From Octopus vulgaris (taxonomy: Eukaryota): a stretch of DNA of 64,000 nucleotides. Of this stretch, positions 26,407-38,400 are shown piece by piece. The DNA is taken from positions 110,050,001 to 110,114,000 of the forward strand of contig OX597817.1 in the NCBI GenBank assembly GCA_951406725.2, in the 5' to 3' direction. Every line of letters begins with the position of its first letter. The first letter of the stretch is position 1. The translations under genes and the position numbers were made by a program. Under the pieces are notes generated by a model that worked only from the letters and a program-made list of their open reading frames with translations, made no database searches and was not told the origin of the DNA.

Positions 26407-26589
26407 CCCTTTAGCATTTAAACCAGCCATATCCACCAAAATATTCTATATGTTTCATTAATTATTTTTTGTTCAAACTTACCCTACAATGTCACACTAA
26501 AAGTAACAATCCCATAATGCATAATTAATTTAAAACAATGTGAATAAATTAAGCATTACATTTGATAAACTAACCAGAATGCTAAATGG
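26407..26589. mobile_element. piggyBac-like MITE, third copy
   Basis: TTAA-CCCTTTAGCATT...AATGCTAAATGG-TTAC. Confidence 0.65.
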
Positions 26590-26649
26590 TTACAATTGGA
26601 AAACTATAATAAATAGAGGGATAGGGTTGAGAACTGAGCTCAGGTGTTT

Positions 26650-27420
26650 TCTTACCTGAGCAGTTAATTCATCACTGAATTCATTGCTAACACTCCACCT
26701 TTTTGATGGCATCTTTATACATGGTTTATACACCTCTTATAAGGCATGCACTTACATGCATTTCTTACTGATTACCAAACCACAGAGTGATATCCTGTCA
26801 AAGGCTTTCTTGAATCATCATCATCATCATTTAACATCCGTCTTCTATGCTGGCATGGGTTAGATAGTTTGACAGGAACTGGCAAGGTAGACTACACCAA
26901 GCTATTATGTCTGATTTAGCATAGTTTTTATGGCTGGACGCCCTTCCTTACAACCAACCAGTGCACAGAGTGGACTGAATGCTTTTTACATGGCACCAGC
27001 ACAGGCGAGGTTGGTTTTGGTATGGTTTTTACAGCTGGATGCCCTTCCAAATGCCAACCACTTCATAGTGTGAGTATATGAAAAACATACATTTACACAC
27101 ACCTATGAATACATCTGGAGGAGTTAGCCATTAACATAAATTGCTTCTATGAGTATGTCTGAAAGAGTTTATGCATTAATGGACTAGTTCCTTCTATGAA
27201 TATTTGTCTGAATATGGTTAACCATTTACAAATTCTTTCTATACACTACTATATTGAAATTGTTGCAAATTGCTCCTGTTACAGCCTTGACAAAAATGGA
27301 AAGGGGAGTGTTTCAGTTATAGCTGTGTTTTTATAAAGCAAACTGAGATAATATTAGCTGGAGTTTATTATTAAGTCGGTTAGGTTGATTTGGTAGTACA
27401 AAGTGGTCTGTTATTTTATT
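26650..27420 (-). mobile_element. Highly decayed LINE reverse-transcriptase fragment, split by a family D repeat
   Basis: Minus strand tcaagaaagcctttgacaggata translates as KKAFDRI (RT D..KAFD motif) near 26790-26815. The rest is weak. Confidence 0.35.
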
Positions 27421-28145
27421 AGCATTTCATTTCATACATGTTCTAATTCTCTCATTAGTGTAATTGATAATTATAGATGCCATTGATATTAAATCTGTAC
27501 GTAAGTGGGTCCATAACTATTTGCGTGCATTTGTGCATGCATGCATGCATTAATCAATATACATGAAATGCCATATCTGTCTGATTCTATGTTTATGTGC
27601 AACACATCTAATACTGGCTCAGCCTCAAGTATATGTTAAGTGGTGCATAACAGTATTGTCCATATCAATGGGATATAATTCGTTTGTTAGTTTTTCAAAC
27701 ACCTAATCCTTTGGTACCCGTTCAGTTCCAAACATTGGGGTCAGCTGTCTGGATTAGGAATAGCTTTCACACTTTCTCCCATAGGTTTTGGAGGCCATCT
27801 AAATGATCCTGGCTACTCTCTCTACTCCTCTAACTAAACTATATATTTTTTAAATAACCATTTTATTTGTGAATCTGACTAAACAGGACAAATAAATAAT
27901 TAAAATAAATTAAAATCAAAATTAAAGCAGAAAAACTTAACTTTCAGTATAAATGATAACATTTCATTTTTTTTCTTCTTTTTATGTCACTGCAACAATT
28001 TAAGTTTCATACATTCATTCATACATATACATATATCTAATGTTATGAAGATTATCCATCCACATCACTAATACGAGTGGAGTGTGGATTTGATTGACTG
28101 TGCCAATACCTTTTAGAGTAATGCATTGTGCCTTTTGATACACTT

Positions 28146-28186
<41 letters not shown>

Positions 28187-28244
28187 TCTCTCCCTCCCTC
28201 TCTCTCCCTCTCTATCTCTCTCTCTCTCTCTGTATATATATATA

Positions 28245-28446
28245 TAGTTAATCCAAACATGAAAACACAAAGAGAAAACACAACAACGTGAGGAGTGGAA
28301 CAAATATAGTATTATTGGATGCTCAGGAAGGAAGGGAAGAAGGAGGGTTTAACGTTTCGAGCGGAGCTCTTCGTCGGAAACATAGAAAGAAAGATCCAGA
28401 GAAGGGAAGACAGAGGAAAGAAAAATCGCCAATGGTGCACACGCGG

Positions 28447-28450
<4 letters not shown>
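28245..28450 (-). mobile_element. About 205-bp (TA)n-embedded repeat carrying a minimal hammerhead
   Basis: Near-identical second copy at 53470-53690. Both copies are flanked by TA microsatellite. Confidence 0.75.
28347..28381 (-). ncRNA. Minimal Penelope-type hammerhead ribozyme variant (U4C core)
   Basis: Minus strand GTTT-CCGACGA-A-GAGC-TCC-GCTC-GAAA-CG-TT-AAAC: stem I GTTT/AAAC, stem II GAGC/GCTC, palindromic stem III, GUU triplet. Confidence 0.6.
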
Positions 28451-28510
<60 letters not shown>

Positions 28511-28532
28511 ATATAAATGAATAACAAAGATG

Positions 28533-28728
28533 TACAGTTCTGTATTTAAGAGATTAGGAATTATGTACATTATTTACATTATTTAAATTTGACAGATATT
28601 TGTCCTCATCTTGTTTGTTGTTAACATGTTTTGGCTGATATAACCTCCAGCCTTCATCAGATGTCTTGGGGAAATTTCAAACCTGGGTTCTCATTCCTAA
28701 GGTATTTTTCGATTTAATTATTATTATT
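28533..28728 (-). mobile_element. Family E SINE 3' part (hammerhead-like tail), interrupted by the R4/Dong LINE
   Basis: Reverse complement of 31860-32066. The copy continues at 31707-31765 on the other side of the LINE. Confidence 0.85.
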
Positions 28729-31706
28729 CTATGTTTGACTTTTGCTTTACATTTGTACAAATTGGCTCCAAGTCTCACCCAGAGACCTCAAGAGACAACA
28801 AGTTAGAAGTTCATGCTGGTGTTATGCCTAGGCTGCCATATATTTGGTTTTGTACTTAGTGTTGTACTAGTGAATGTCTAAGAAACCATAAGAAAATTAT
28901 GTTTGTTTTAAAACTTGAAATTACATAGAAAGTATTTTGCGTAGGATATGAGCAGTTCCCATGAGCACTATCTTTTGAATTTCTGCCATTTTTGGGTTTC
29001 TTGGTACCTGAGTTAGGTAGCAATCAGTCCCTTTTGCTATCATTCCTAGGGCACCTATGACAACAGGTATTGTTTTAGTCTTCAGTTTCCACATTTTGCT
29101 AATTTCTATTTCACGATATTTATATTTGCTCAGCTTTTGGTAGGTCTTGACAGATACATTTATATTGATTGGGACAATCATATCAATGAAGAGGCATGAT
29201 TTTTGTCTGAAGTCTTTCAATATGATGTCTGGCCTATTCGCATCTATCTTTCTGTCAGTTTGAATGGTGAAGTTCCAGGGGAGTGAGATGTGATCATTTT
29301 CAAGCACTGGAGGTGGTTTGTGTTCCCACCAGTTTTTATCATGGGGCAAGTCCAGGCTTTTGCAAATTACCCAGTGAATATATTCTGCAGCTCTATCATG
29401 CCTGTTGAGATACTCTGTAGGCACAAGGAGACTGCACCTGGAGACAACATGATAAATGGTTTCATTTTGTTGTTGACATACATGACATGTTAGGCTACTG
29501 CCATTCTTTAATATGTTGGCCTGGTAGTTTCTTGTAAGTAGGCATTGATCTTGAGCTGCTATGATAAACCCTTTTGTTTCAGATTTTAAGCCAGAGACCA
29601 TTAGCCATTGATGGGTCAGGACTTTGTCAACATCGGCATTATTCGCTCTCTTTGGGTATTTGCCATTGAGAGGTTTTTCTTGCCATTTATCAATCAGAAT
29701 ATCTAAGGCAGCAGTTTTAGCATGGGTTTTCATGTGCTTATCTTTTTCTGCGCTTGTTTCTTGTATGTCTAATTCTGAAATTTGCTGCATTCAGAATTCA
29801 CTTAGATATTCCTTTGCTTGTTTTGTTACTGAGTATGATGCTTCCTTGTTTTCATATTTTGAGACAAGTTTTAACATCCAGTCCTCAGTTTTTCAGGCCA
29901 GTTGTGGCAATCTTCATTGTTATTGCCAGTTGTAAAAGTCCATGGCCTCCCTCTTTTCTTGGCAGATAAAGTCGTTCTATATCTGCCTTAGGGTGGTGCA
30001 TTCTATGCATTGTCAACAGTTTTCGTATTTTTCTGTCAAGATTACATATTTCAGTAATTGACCAGTTAATGATATTGAAACTGTAAGTCATGACTGGTAT
30101 GGCTAAAGTATTGATCGCTTCAATCCTGTTTCTTGCATTCAGCTCTGTCTTGAGTATTGCTCTTACTCTGCAATAACATTCCCTCCTAATCCTTTCCTTC
30201 ATCACTGAATGCCTTATTCCATCCCCTTCAATTACCCCTAGGTATTTGTAGCTCTCCGCTGGGTCTAACTCTTTTATGACATTCTGCTGGTCAAGGTTAA
30301 CGTTAGATGTTTCTGTCATTTTTCCTTTGATAAAGGTAGCTTTTGCACATTTATCGAGGCCAGATTGCATTCTGATGTCATCACTGAATTGTTTAACAAT
30401 TGCTAGTAAGCCCTTGAGTTGTTGGTTATTTTTTGCAAAGAGCTTTAAATTATCCATGTAAATGAGATGATTTATATTTTTATCAAACATTTTATACCCA
30501 TACTGTGCATCATTGAGCAATTTTGAGAGAGGTATTAAGGCTAGACAAAAGAGGAGTGGTGATAGTGAGTCACCCTGGAAGATGCCACATGAAATTTTTA
30601 CATCACCAGCATTTAGAGATTCATTGTCACCGTTCAAAGTTAGTGTGGTTCTTCATGATCTCATACTTACAGACAAAAAGTTTCGCAGAGTAGGCGCCAT
30701 TTTATATATTTCCAGATATTTCTTAATCCAGCCATGTGGTAGGCTATCAAAAGCTTTTTTATAGTCTATCCAGGCTGTTGACAAGTTTTTGTGTCATTTG
30801 TGTCAATCTTCTAAGATCATCTTATTGAAGAGTAGCTGATCTTTACAACCATAGGATCCACGTTTACATCCTTTTTGTTCATTAGGGAATATACTGCTTT
30901 CTTTTAAAAAACTATAGGTATATTCAGTCAGGACAGATGTTAGCGTTTTATACATAGTTGTAAAGCAGGTTATGGGTCTATAGTCTTTGGGTTCATTTGT
31001 TTCTTCACTTTTTGGAAGCAGGAATGTTAAACCATTAACTAGCCAAGAAGGCATCCTACTAGGGTGTTGCCAAACATCATTGTAAATTCTGTTAGCAGTT
31101 CATGGCTCTCTGGGAAGGCATTCAACCAGAAGTTAGGAATTTTATCCTTTCCTGGAGACTTCCATTTGCTTGACTTCCTGAAAGCAGATCTTATATCTTC
31201 TACCTTGACACCCTCCCACTTTTGCTTCTCTATCAATCCAAGGACCCTTTTCGTTGTGTGTTTTTTCTTCTGTCCAAATTTTATTCTAAAATCTCTGCAC
31301 TTCTTCTTTTGATGGTACAGACTTTACAGTCACTGGTGTTTTCCCTATCTTCCTGTAAAAAGTTTTGGGGTTATTTTTGAACATGTTATTGTCATTGAAG
31401 AATCTAACACGCTTTTCATACCTCGCTATGCTAGCAGCTTTAGCACATACATTTTGCTTGATGGTTTCTATGGTGGCATCAATATCAATTATGGTTTCTA
31501 TGGTGGTATCAATGTCAATGATGGTTTCTATGGTGGCATCAATGTCAATGATGGTTTCTATGGTGGCATCAATGTCAATGATGGTTTCTATGGTGGCATC
31601 AATGTCAATGATGGTTTCTATGGTGGCATCAATGTCAATGATGGTTTCTATGGTGGCATCAATGTCAATGATGGTTTCTATGGTGGCTGATGGTTTCTAT
31701 GGTGTC
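28729..31706 (-). mobile_element. 5'-truncated R4/Dong-clade non-LTR retrotransposon (RT plus CCHC plus RLE), frameshifted
   Basis: ORF pieces: WKSPGKDKIPNFW, YRPITC, QKG, IDYKKAFDSLPH, GIFQGDSLSPLLF, YMDN(D)LKL, YKYLG, RLYLPRKEGG.GL; a C-x2-C-x8-H-x4-C zinc knuckle (TCHVCQQQNETIYHVVSRC); RHD, RPDII and K..KY RLE motifs. Flanked on both sides by (TTA)n. Confidence 0.93.
31461..31704. repeat. 30-bp minisatellite (atggtttctatggtggcatcaatgtcaatg), 7 full plus 2 partial units, at the LINE 5' junction
   Basis: Units start at 31461, 31491, 31521, 31551, 31581, 31611, 31641 and 31671. The unit is LINE ORF sequence (IDIDATIETI on the minus strand). Confidence 0.95.
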
Positions 31707-31765
31707 TTATTATTATTATTATTGTTATTATTATTATTATTATCATTATTATTCAGGTCACAGCC

Positions 31766-31846
31766 ATATGCCCATGGGCATATGATGTAGTGGTTAAGAG
31801 CACAGGCCACTAACCCCAAGATTCTGAGTTCAATTCCAGGCTGTGG

Positions 31847-31886
<40 letters not shown>

Positions 31887-32066
31887 TACATTGAAAAATA
31901 CCTTAAGAATGAGAACCCAGGTTTGAAATTTCCCAAGACATCTGATGAAGGCTGGAGAGTATGTCAGCTGAAATGTGTTAACAAACAAGATGAGGACAAA
32001 TATCCATCAAATGTAAATAATGTAAATAATGTACATAATTCCTCATCTCTTAAATATAGAACTGTA
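31766..32066 (+). mobile_element. Family E SINE: palindrome, tRNA-like head, (AAT)n, hammerhead-like tail
   Basis: Palindrome atatgcccatgggcatat; A-box-like tgtagtggtt and B-box-like gagttcaattcc; (aat)n; then gacat-CTGATGA-a-ggctg..cagct-GAAA-tgtgtt (31937-31979). Confidence 0.8.
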
Positions 32067-32534
32067 AATCATCAGTAGTTAACAAACATATTTTTGTTAT
32101 GCAACTACACTTAGTGTATTATTTTTTTCTTGCATTGAAATGTTTTCTTTTTCTTCCTATTTTCTGAAAGAAATATAATTTAGACTTAAATGACTGTCAG
32201 TATAACAACTATGCATTATTGAAGAGTGATATCTATCAACTGGTGATCAATCTTATTGACATAAAAGTCAAGAAAATAGTGTGTGTGTGAAAATGAAATG
32301 ACCACAACTAGGTATTGATCACAAGTTTCAGTCAGGGAGCTTATCAATAATTACTAGTTGTTGATTGGTTGCAGGCCATTCCTGATCATTCACACATATG
32401 ATCAAGGGCATTCTGGCCATGATCACCCTGTATTTTCCTCAGACACCATTCATCTAGTATTACATTTTCCATTTTTTTTAAAGGTGATAGGAATGACATA
32501 AGGAAGATTTTGCTACTGTTTCTAGCAAACAGAT

Positions 32535-32569
<35 letters not shown>

Positions 32570-32907
32570 GACCAAGGACGAATCTAGTTTATTGTATCTG
32601 TCTATCACAAATATTGTACAAATACCTAGGGAAAATTAACTACTTTTCCATAATTAAAATTTCATCAATGTATTTGGCTGTAACCAAATAAGGAGCATAT
32701 TATAAGTAGAGCTACACTGTACGACAGAACATATCTGGAGATTTTTATCCTACAACTGTTTTTGTCTCTACATATACAACTGGTTAAAGATCTATAGGCA
32801 TATTCTGCAGTACAGTAAAGCATTGTAACAAAACATTGTTAATGCACCAGTAATTTATAAGTAGGGCATTGTAACAAAAAAAAAAAAAATCCACCAATCA
32901 GTATATA

Positions 32908-33322
32908 GTAATTAAACATATTCCACTCGGTAACATATTGTAAGAAAAGTAAAATAATGTGAGAAAATTTGTGCACTGCGTTATATCAGCTAAGAAAGAT
33001 GTCAAAATACATTTGGATAAAAGTGACAAAATGTATATGATAATGAAATCTACTTTAAAGTAATTAGATATATACCACTTGGTAACATATTGTTGGAAAA
33101 TGAGAATATTGTGAGAAAAAATGTTGCATTAAGTTGTATGTAGTTGGAAATGGTATATGTAAATATTTTCACTTACAGACGTGTGAAAATATTGTTTTTG
33201 GTAATGAAATCTGTTCAAGTTGAGTAATTAAATGTACTTATTCCCTAAGGTAAAATTTTGATAGAAAAGTAGAATATTGTGAAAAACCTATTGCGTTAAG
33301 TTGTAGATGGTAAGAAAAGATG
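32908..33322. repeat. Degenerate tandem repeat, about 150-165-bp unit, about 2.6 copies
   Basis: gtaatta..ccac..ggtaacatattg..gaaaa..aatattgtga(g)aaaa recurs at about 32908, 33060 and 33224. Confidence 0.65.
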
Positions 33323-33337
33323 TTTCTTCAACTCATA

Positions 33338-33590
33338 ATATGCCCGTGGGCCCACAGGCATATAGCATAGTGGTTAAGAGCACAGGCTACTAACCCCAAG
33401 TTTCCAAGTTTGATTCCTGGCTGTGACCTGAATAATAACAATAATAATTACATCGAAAAATACCATAAGAATGACAACCCAGGTTTGAAATTTCCCCAAG
33501 ATACTTGATGGAGGCTGGAGCATATATCAGCCGAAACGTGTTAACAATAAACAAGATGAGGACAAATATCCATCAAATGTAAATAATGTA
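33338..33590 (+). mobile_element. Family E SINE, third copy
   Basis: Near-palindrome atatgcccgtgggcccacaggcatat, the same tRNA-like head, (aat)n, and tail ttgatgg-aggctgg..cagcc-GAAA-cgtgtt. Confidence 0.8.
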
Positions 33591-34217
33591 AAGATGTACA
33601 GGTGTCATTGTTACCCATATTTTATTCACCTAACCTGGAACCAGCAATTTGGAAACACTATGAAAGTACCTTTATAAAAAGTACACATCTGAATTAGCAA
33701 GAGCAGATATCTTCACTTAGCTGGGTTGCGTTGTCTGCACACACGGCAGGATTATCAGGTACAAACACCCCCGCACGGAGTCTTGATATTCAATATTCAA
33801 TTAATATTGTTTGGATGTGTGGATTATACCAACCTAGCAAGGTGCCTCAATTTAAGTACCTAATTCAACAGAATCTTAATGATAGATAGATGGATCAATG
33901 GATTGTAAATAAGTTTAGATGAGTATATTTAATAAACACACATTTAATCTCACTGTGCAAATATCCCCCTTCCCATGCACTCATAATCAAATCACAGCCT
34001 CCACCCTCATCTAATCTGCAAAGAGAGCTCTAAATGTAGTAACTTTAAATGCATGCTAATTAGATATACACGTGTAAATTTATTTACACTTATCCTCAAT
34101 ACATTATCACAGTACTTCTGTTAATTTAATACGCATCAAAAATTAATGTGCTAATCCTACACTCTTTCTTTCTTCTGTTTCCTCTCTCTCTCTCCCTTTC
34201 CTTCTCTTCCCCACTCC

Positions 34218-34294
<77 letters not shown>

Positions 34295-34974
34295 GATGAA
34301 GTAAACACATCTGCCAAAACAAGGAAGCCTTATGAAGTTATACTTTAGTTTGCAGAGATAGTTCTATGGTTTAACTACTGTTTACACAGTGAGTTTAAAT
34401 GTATGCCTATTGAACATACACATCGTCATCATCCTCGTTTTAACGTCCACTTTTCCATGCTAGCATGGGTCAGATGGAAGTTTGTTAAGGCAGCAGATTT
34501 TCTACAGTCAAATGCCTTTTCCGTCACCAACTCTCACCTGTTTCCAAGTGTAAGGTAATATTTCCCCATAACCAGGCATGTTCTCACAGAAGAATGGGAA
34601 CAAAGAACACTGAATGCATAACAGAGATATTCATTTACAATTATTATGCAATGTCAAAGCAAGAAGACAGTAACCCATACACACACACATATGTGCATAC
34701 AAACATACATATGAACACAGACACACACAGTTGCCCATTATATCCAATGAACTTCTGTCAGTTTCCATCTACCAGATCCACTCACAAGGCCATGGTCAGT
34801 CTGGGGCTTTAGCAAAAGACACTTACTAAAGTTGCTATGCAGTGGGATCGAACTCAGGACCATGTGGTTGGGAAGCAAACTTCTTACCACACATCCACGT
34901 GTGCACCTTTGACTAAACAAATAGCTCTATTTACAATATATCCATTTACGTATTGCTTTTGTATTTCAGTTAAT

Positions 34975-35420
34975 TGGTGTGTGTACATCATATGGAGTTT
35001 CTACCCATGCCTTTTCTACAGCTCGAGCAGGGTCATCTACCTGAAGGGGGTTGTGATTTGACAGCCTTCCTACTTACTAAGACTTTGAATTTGGCTAGGT
35101 TAACCCTAAGGCCCTTCGATTCCAGACTTTGCTTCCACACCCTAAACTTTGTCACCAGTTCTGGCAGTGACTCAGCTATTAAAGCAAGGTCATCAGCATA
35201 GAGGAGCTTCCAGAGGCAGCCTGTCTTGAATTCCTCTGTTATTACCTGGAGGACTATAATGAATAAGAGGGAGCTGAGGATTGATCCTTGGTGAACCCCT
35301 ACTTCTACTTGGAATTCTTCACTATTCTCACTGCCATCCCTCACCTTACTGACAGCATCCCTGTACAGGGCTTGTACAGCTCTTACTAGCCACTTGTCTA
35401 TCCCCAGTTTCTGCATTGGA
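34975..35420 (-). mobile_element. RTE-clade LINE reverse transcriptase fragment
   Basis: ORF 35033-35416 contains GVHQGSILSSLLF, LLYADDLAL and KGLRVNLAK, followed by PCSSCRKGMGRNSI.C. Confidence 0.9.
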
Positions 35421-38400
35421 CACCGCTTAGAAGAATTTTAGCCAAATGAATTGAACCCAGTACTAATTTTTTTTTCTCTTTTGTTAATACTGTTACTTAT
35501 TCTGTCAGTCTGTTTTGCCAAACTGCTAAGTTACGGAAACATAAACACACCAACTCCAGTTATCAAGCAGTGATGGGAACAAATGCACACACACACATTC
35601 ATACATATATATGCATAATATTTCTTGCAGTCTCCGTCTACCAAATCCACTCACAAGGATTTGATCAGCCTAAGCATTAGTAGAAAACACTTTCTCAAGG
35701 TGTCACACAGTGGGACTTAAACCCAGACACATGTGGTTGGGAAGCAAGCTTCTCACCACACAACCACACCTGTACCTATACTTATTAAATGTAAAATAAT
35801 TGGCTGGACACAACATGAGCATCACAACAGTGAAAACAAGTCATAAGTTCAGTCTTGCAAGAGCTTTCAATTTCAGGTTTTTATTTGATTCAAATATTGA
35901 CAAACTAAACAATTTGCAAAATAAAGGAAAAATTTCAAGTTAACACATTAATCTGTTTATGTTGGTTAACATTATTTTGTTCCTCAGATTGTCTTTTATC
36001 TAAAATACCGCAATATATCGGATAGGTTGCATTCATTGCTTTTCCTGTTTTTATATTGAAGAAATTCATATGTATTTCAAATATCAATAGAAGATAAACA
36101 CAATTATGTGGAACAAAGCCAAAATTTTAAAATTTTATTTTCTTGCTTGTTTTCTAACCTATAGACGAAAAAATAAGCCAACTTAAAAAGAAAGCTAAAT
36201 ATGATTACGCTGGACTAAAGATGATAGTGTAATAATAGGTTGGACAAAGAACGTCAAACTCATTCTTTATAAACGAAGCAATAAATCATAATGTAATTGT
36301 AAATTTCTGGTGAAGAGAAACCCTTAATTATTTATAAATAAATATACATATGTTCATTCACGTATACATGTAAACATACCCAAAATCTCACATACATGTA
36401 TATGTTTATGCAAATGAATGTATATGCAGTATACTTATAAGCATGTTTGTATACTATGTGTCTATGTATATATGTATGTGTTAGTATAGATGTGTATGTG
36501 TGTGTGTGTGTGTGTGCGTATACATATATATATGTCGGAGTGTCTGTACACGTTATATATCATCATCATCATCATTGCCATCACCTTTTTATGTCCATCT
36601 TCCTTGATGGCATGGAATGGATGACTTGACATCATCTGGCAGGTTTGAGGACCACATCATACTTTAGTGTCTTCTTTATCATAGTTCCTTATTTCTTTAT
36701 TGCCCACAAGGGGCTAAACATAGAGGGGACAAACAAGGACAGACAAAGAGATTAAGTTGATTGCATCAACCCCAGTGCGTAACTGGTACTTAATTTATCG
36801 ACCCTGAAAGGATGAAAGGCAAAGCCAACCTCGGCAGAATTTGAACTGAGAACATAACGGGAGACAAAATACTGCTAAGCATTTCGCCCAGCACACTAAG
36901 ACTTCTGCCAGCTCACCACCTTTTCATAATTGCTTTATCATAGTTCCTAAGGCTGGAAAACCTTTGTAACACCAACTTTACAGTGTGCTGTTTGCATGTG
37001 TGTGTGTGTGTGGAACAGGTCCTTAGGCCACATGGTTGTGGAATGAACTTCTTAAGCACACATCCATACCAGCACATAGGCATATCCCCTGCATCTGTCT
37101 TCAGCTGAGTGATCCTAATCTTGTGAGCTCATGGGTGCTGGTGTCATGTAAAAGCACCCATGCTGGTGTCATATAAAAGTGCCCATGCCAGTGCTGTGTA
37201 ATAGCACTCAGTACACTCAGTAAAGTGGCTGGCATTAGGAAGGGAGCCCAGACAGCTCTTTAGCTGGCCTTCTCTTGTCAAACCATCCAACCCATTCCAC
37301 CTTGGAAAACAGAAGTTAAATGATGATAATGATGATTATGGTAGTGGTAGCAATGGCAGCAGCAGCAATGGTAGTGGTGGTGGTGGTGGTGGTGTGTGTG
37401 TGTGTATTCATTCCTTTAGACATGCAATGTTGAAAATATGACTTGACTTCTTTTAATAGTAGATTTCCAATATTTACTCAAAATTTTGTCCAACTTTCAA
37501 GTATGCTTCTCTCTCATTTTAAAGACATGTCATCAAATTTGCCATGCTCTGAAGCACTCTTGAGATTGAGACAAAATCTATAAACTATTGAATATTATTT
37601 ACAGTTCAATAAATAGCAAAATTTTAAAATCGACAAAAATCTGACAAGAAAATACTGAATCTATACTATATTTACATTTTTATATCTACAAGTCTAGGAG
37701 CATGTGTGTGTCTGTCTGAGGAGGAGTGATGTGTGTGTACGAGATACATATAATTTGAGCCTACATATAAACATTCACTCAAAGTGCATATTCTGCATGG
37801 TTATATTTTCCTGTGACATACAAGCAAATATAATATAGGCATATATGCATGGCATGTATGTATATTTTGAATATGCTGCAGTTTAGGTCAAATGGACCTG
37901 GACATTCATTGATCACTGCTCTTGGGCACCACTAGATGGGATGATATCATCACAATAGGCACTATCAGAGGGAATGACAATGCCAAAATTGTTGTAATCT
38001 CCAGTCAATAGCTGATGATTGGTTCTCCTGGAGAGCAAGTTACATGCTGTCATCATCATTATCATCAACATCCCCATTATAATTATCCTTTATATGCCTC
38101 CTTTTTTTTTTTTTCCATGCTGGTATATGTTGATCAAGACTTCTTACTGCTTTTTTTACTATACATTGACATTGTTTCAATTAGTTTATAAAATAACGAA
38201 AAATTAATTAAAATAGATTTGTCATTATTAAATTGGTGTGTAGAACATAAATTAACATGAAAGTTTGAAGGAAAATTTTGATTTAGACCACTTTAAAACA
38301 GGAATTCTATATCAAAGAACAAAGGGCAATCTGATGTGGGTTAGCCAGATACCTTTCCTGATGGCAGCCATTTATTTGTTTCTTGAAATGGTATTGATGT

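Noticed and set aside
31461-31704. 30-bp repeats as a CRISPR array or a GFYGG-repeat structural protein
   Set aside because: There are no spacers, the context is eukaryotic, and the unit is LINE ORF sequence in the opposite orientation.
31776-31850. tRNA gene
   Set aside because: A/B boxes are present but I could not build a convincing acceptor stem or cloverleaf. It continues into a repeated body, so it is a SINE head. The same applies to the family A-C heads.
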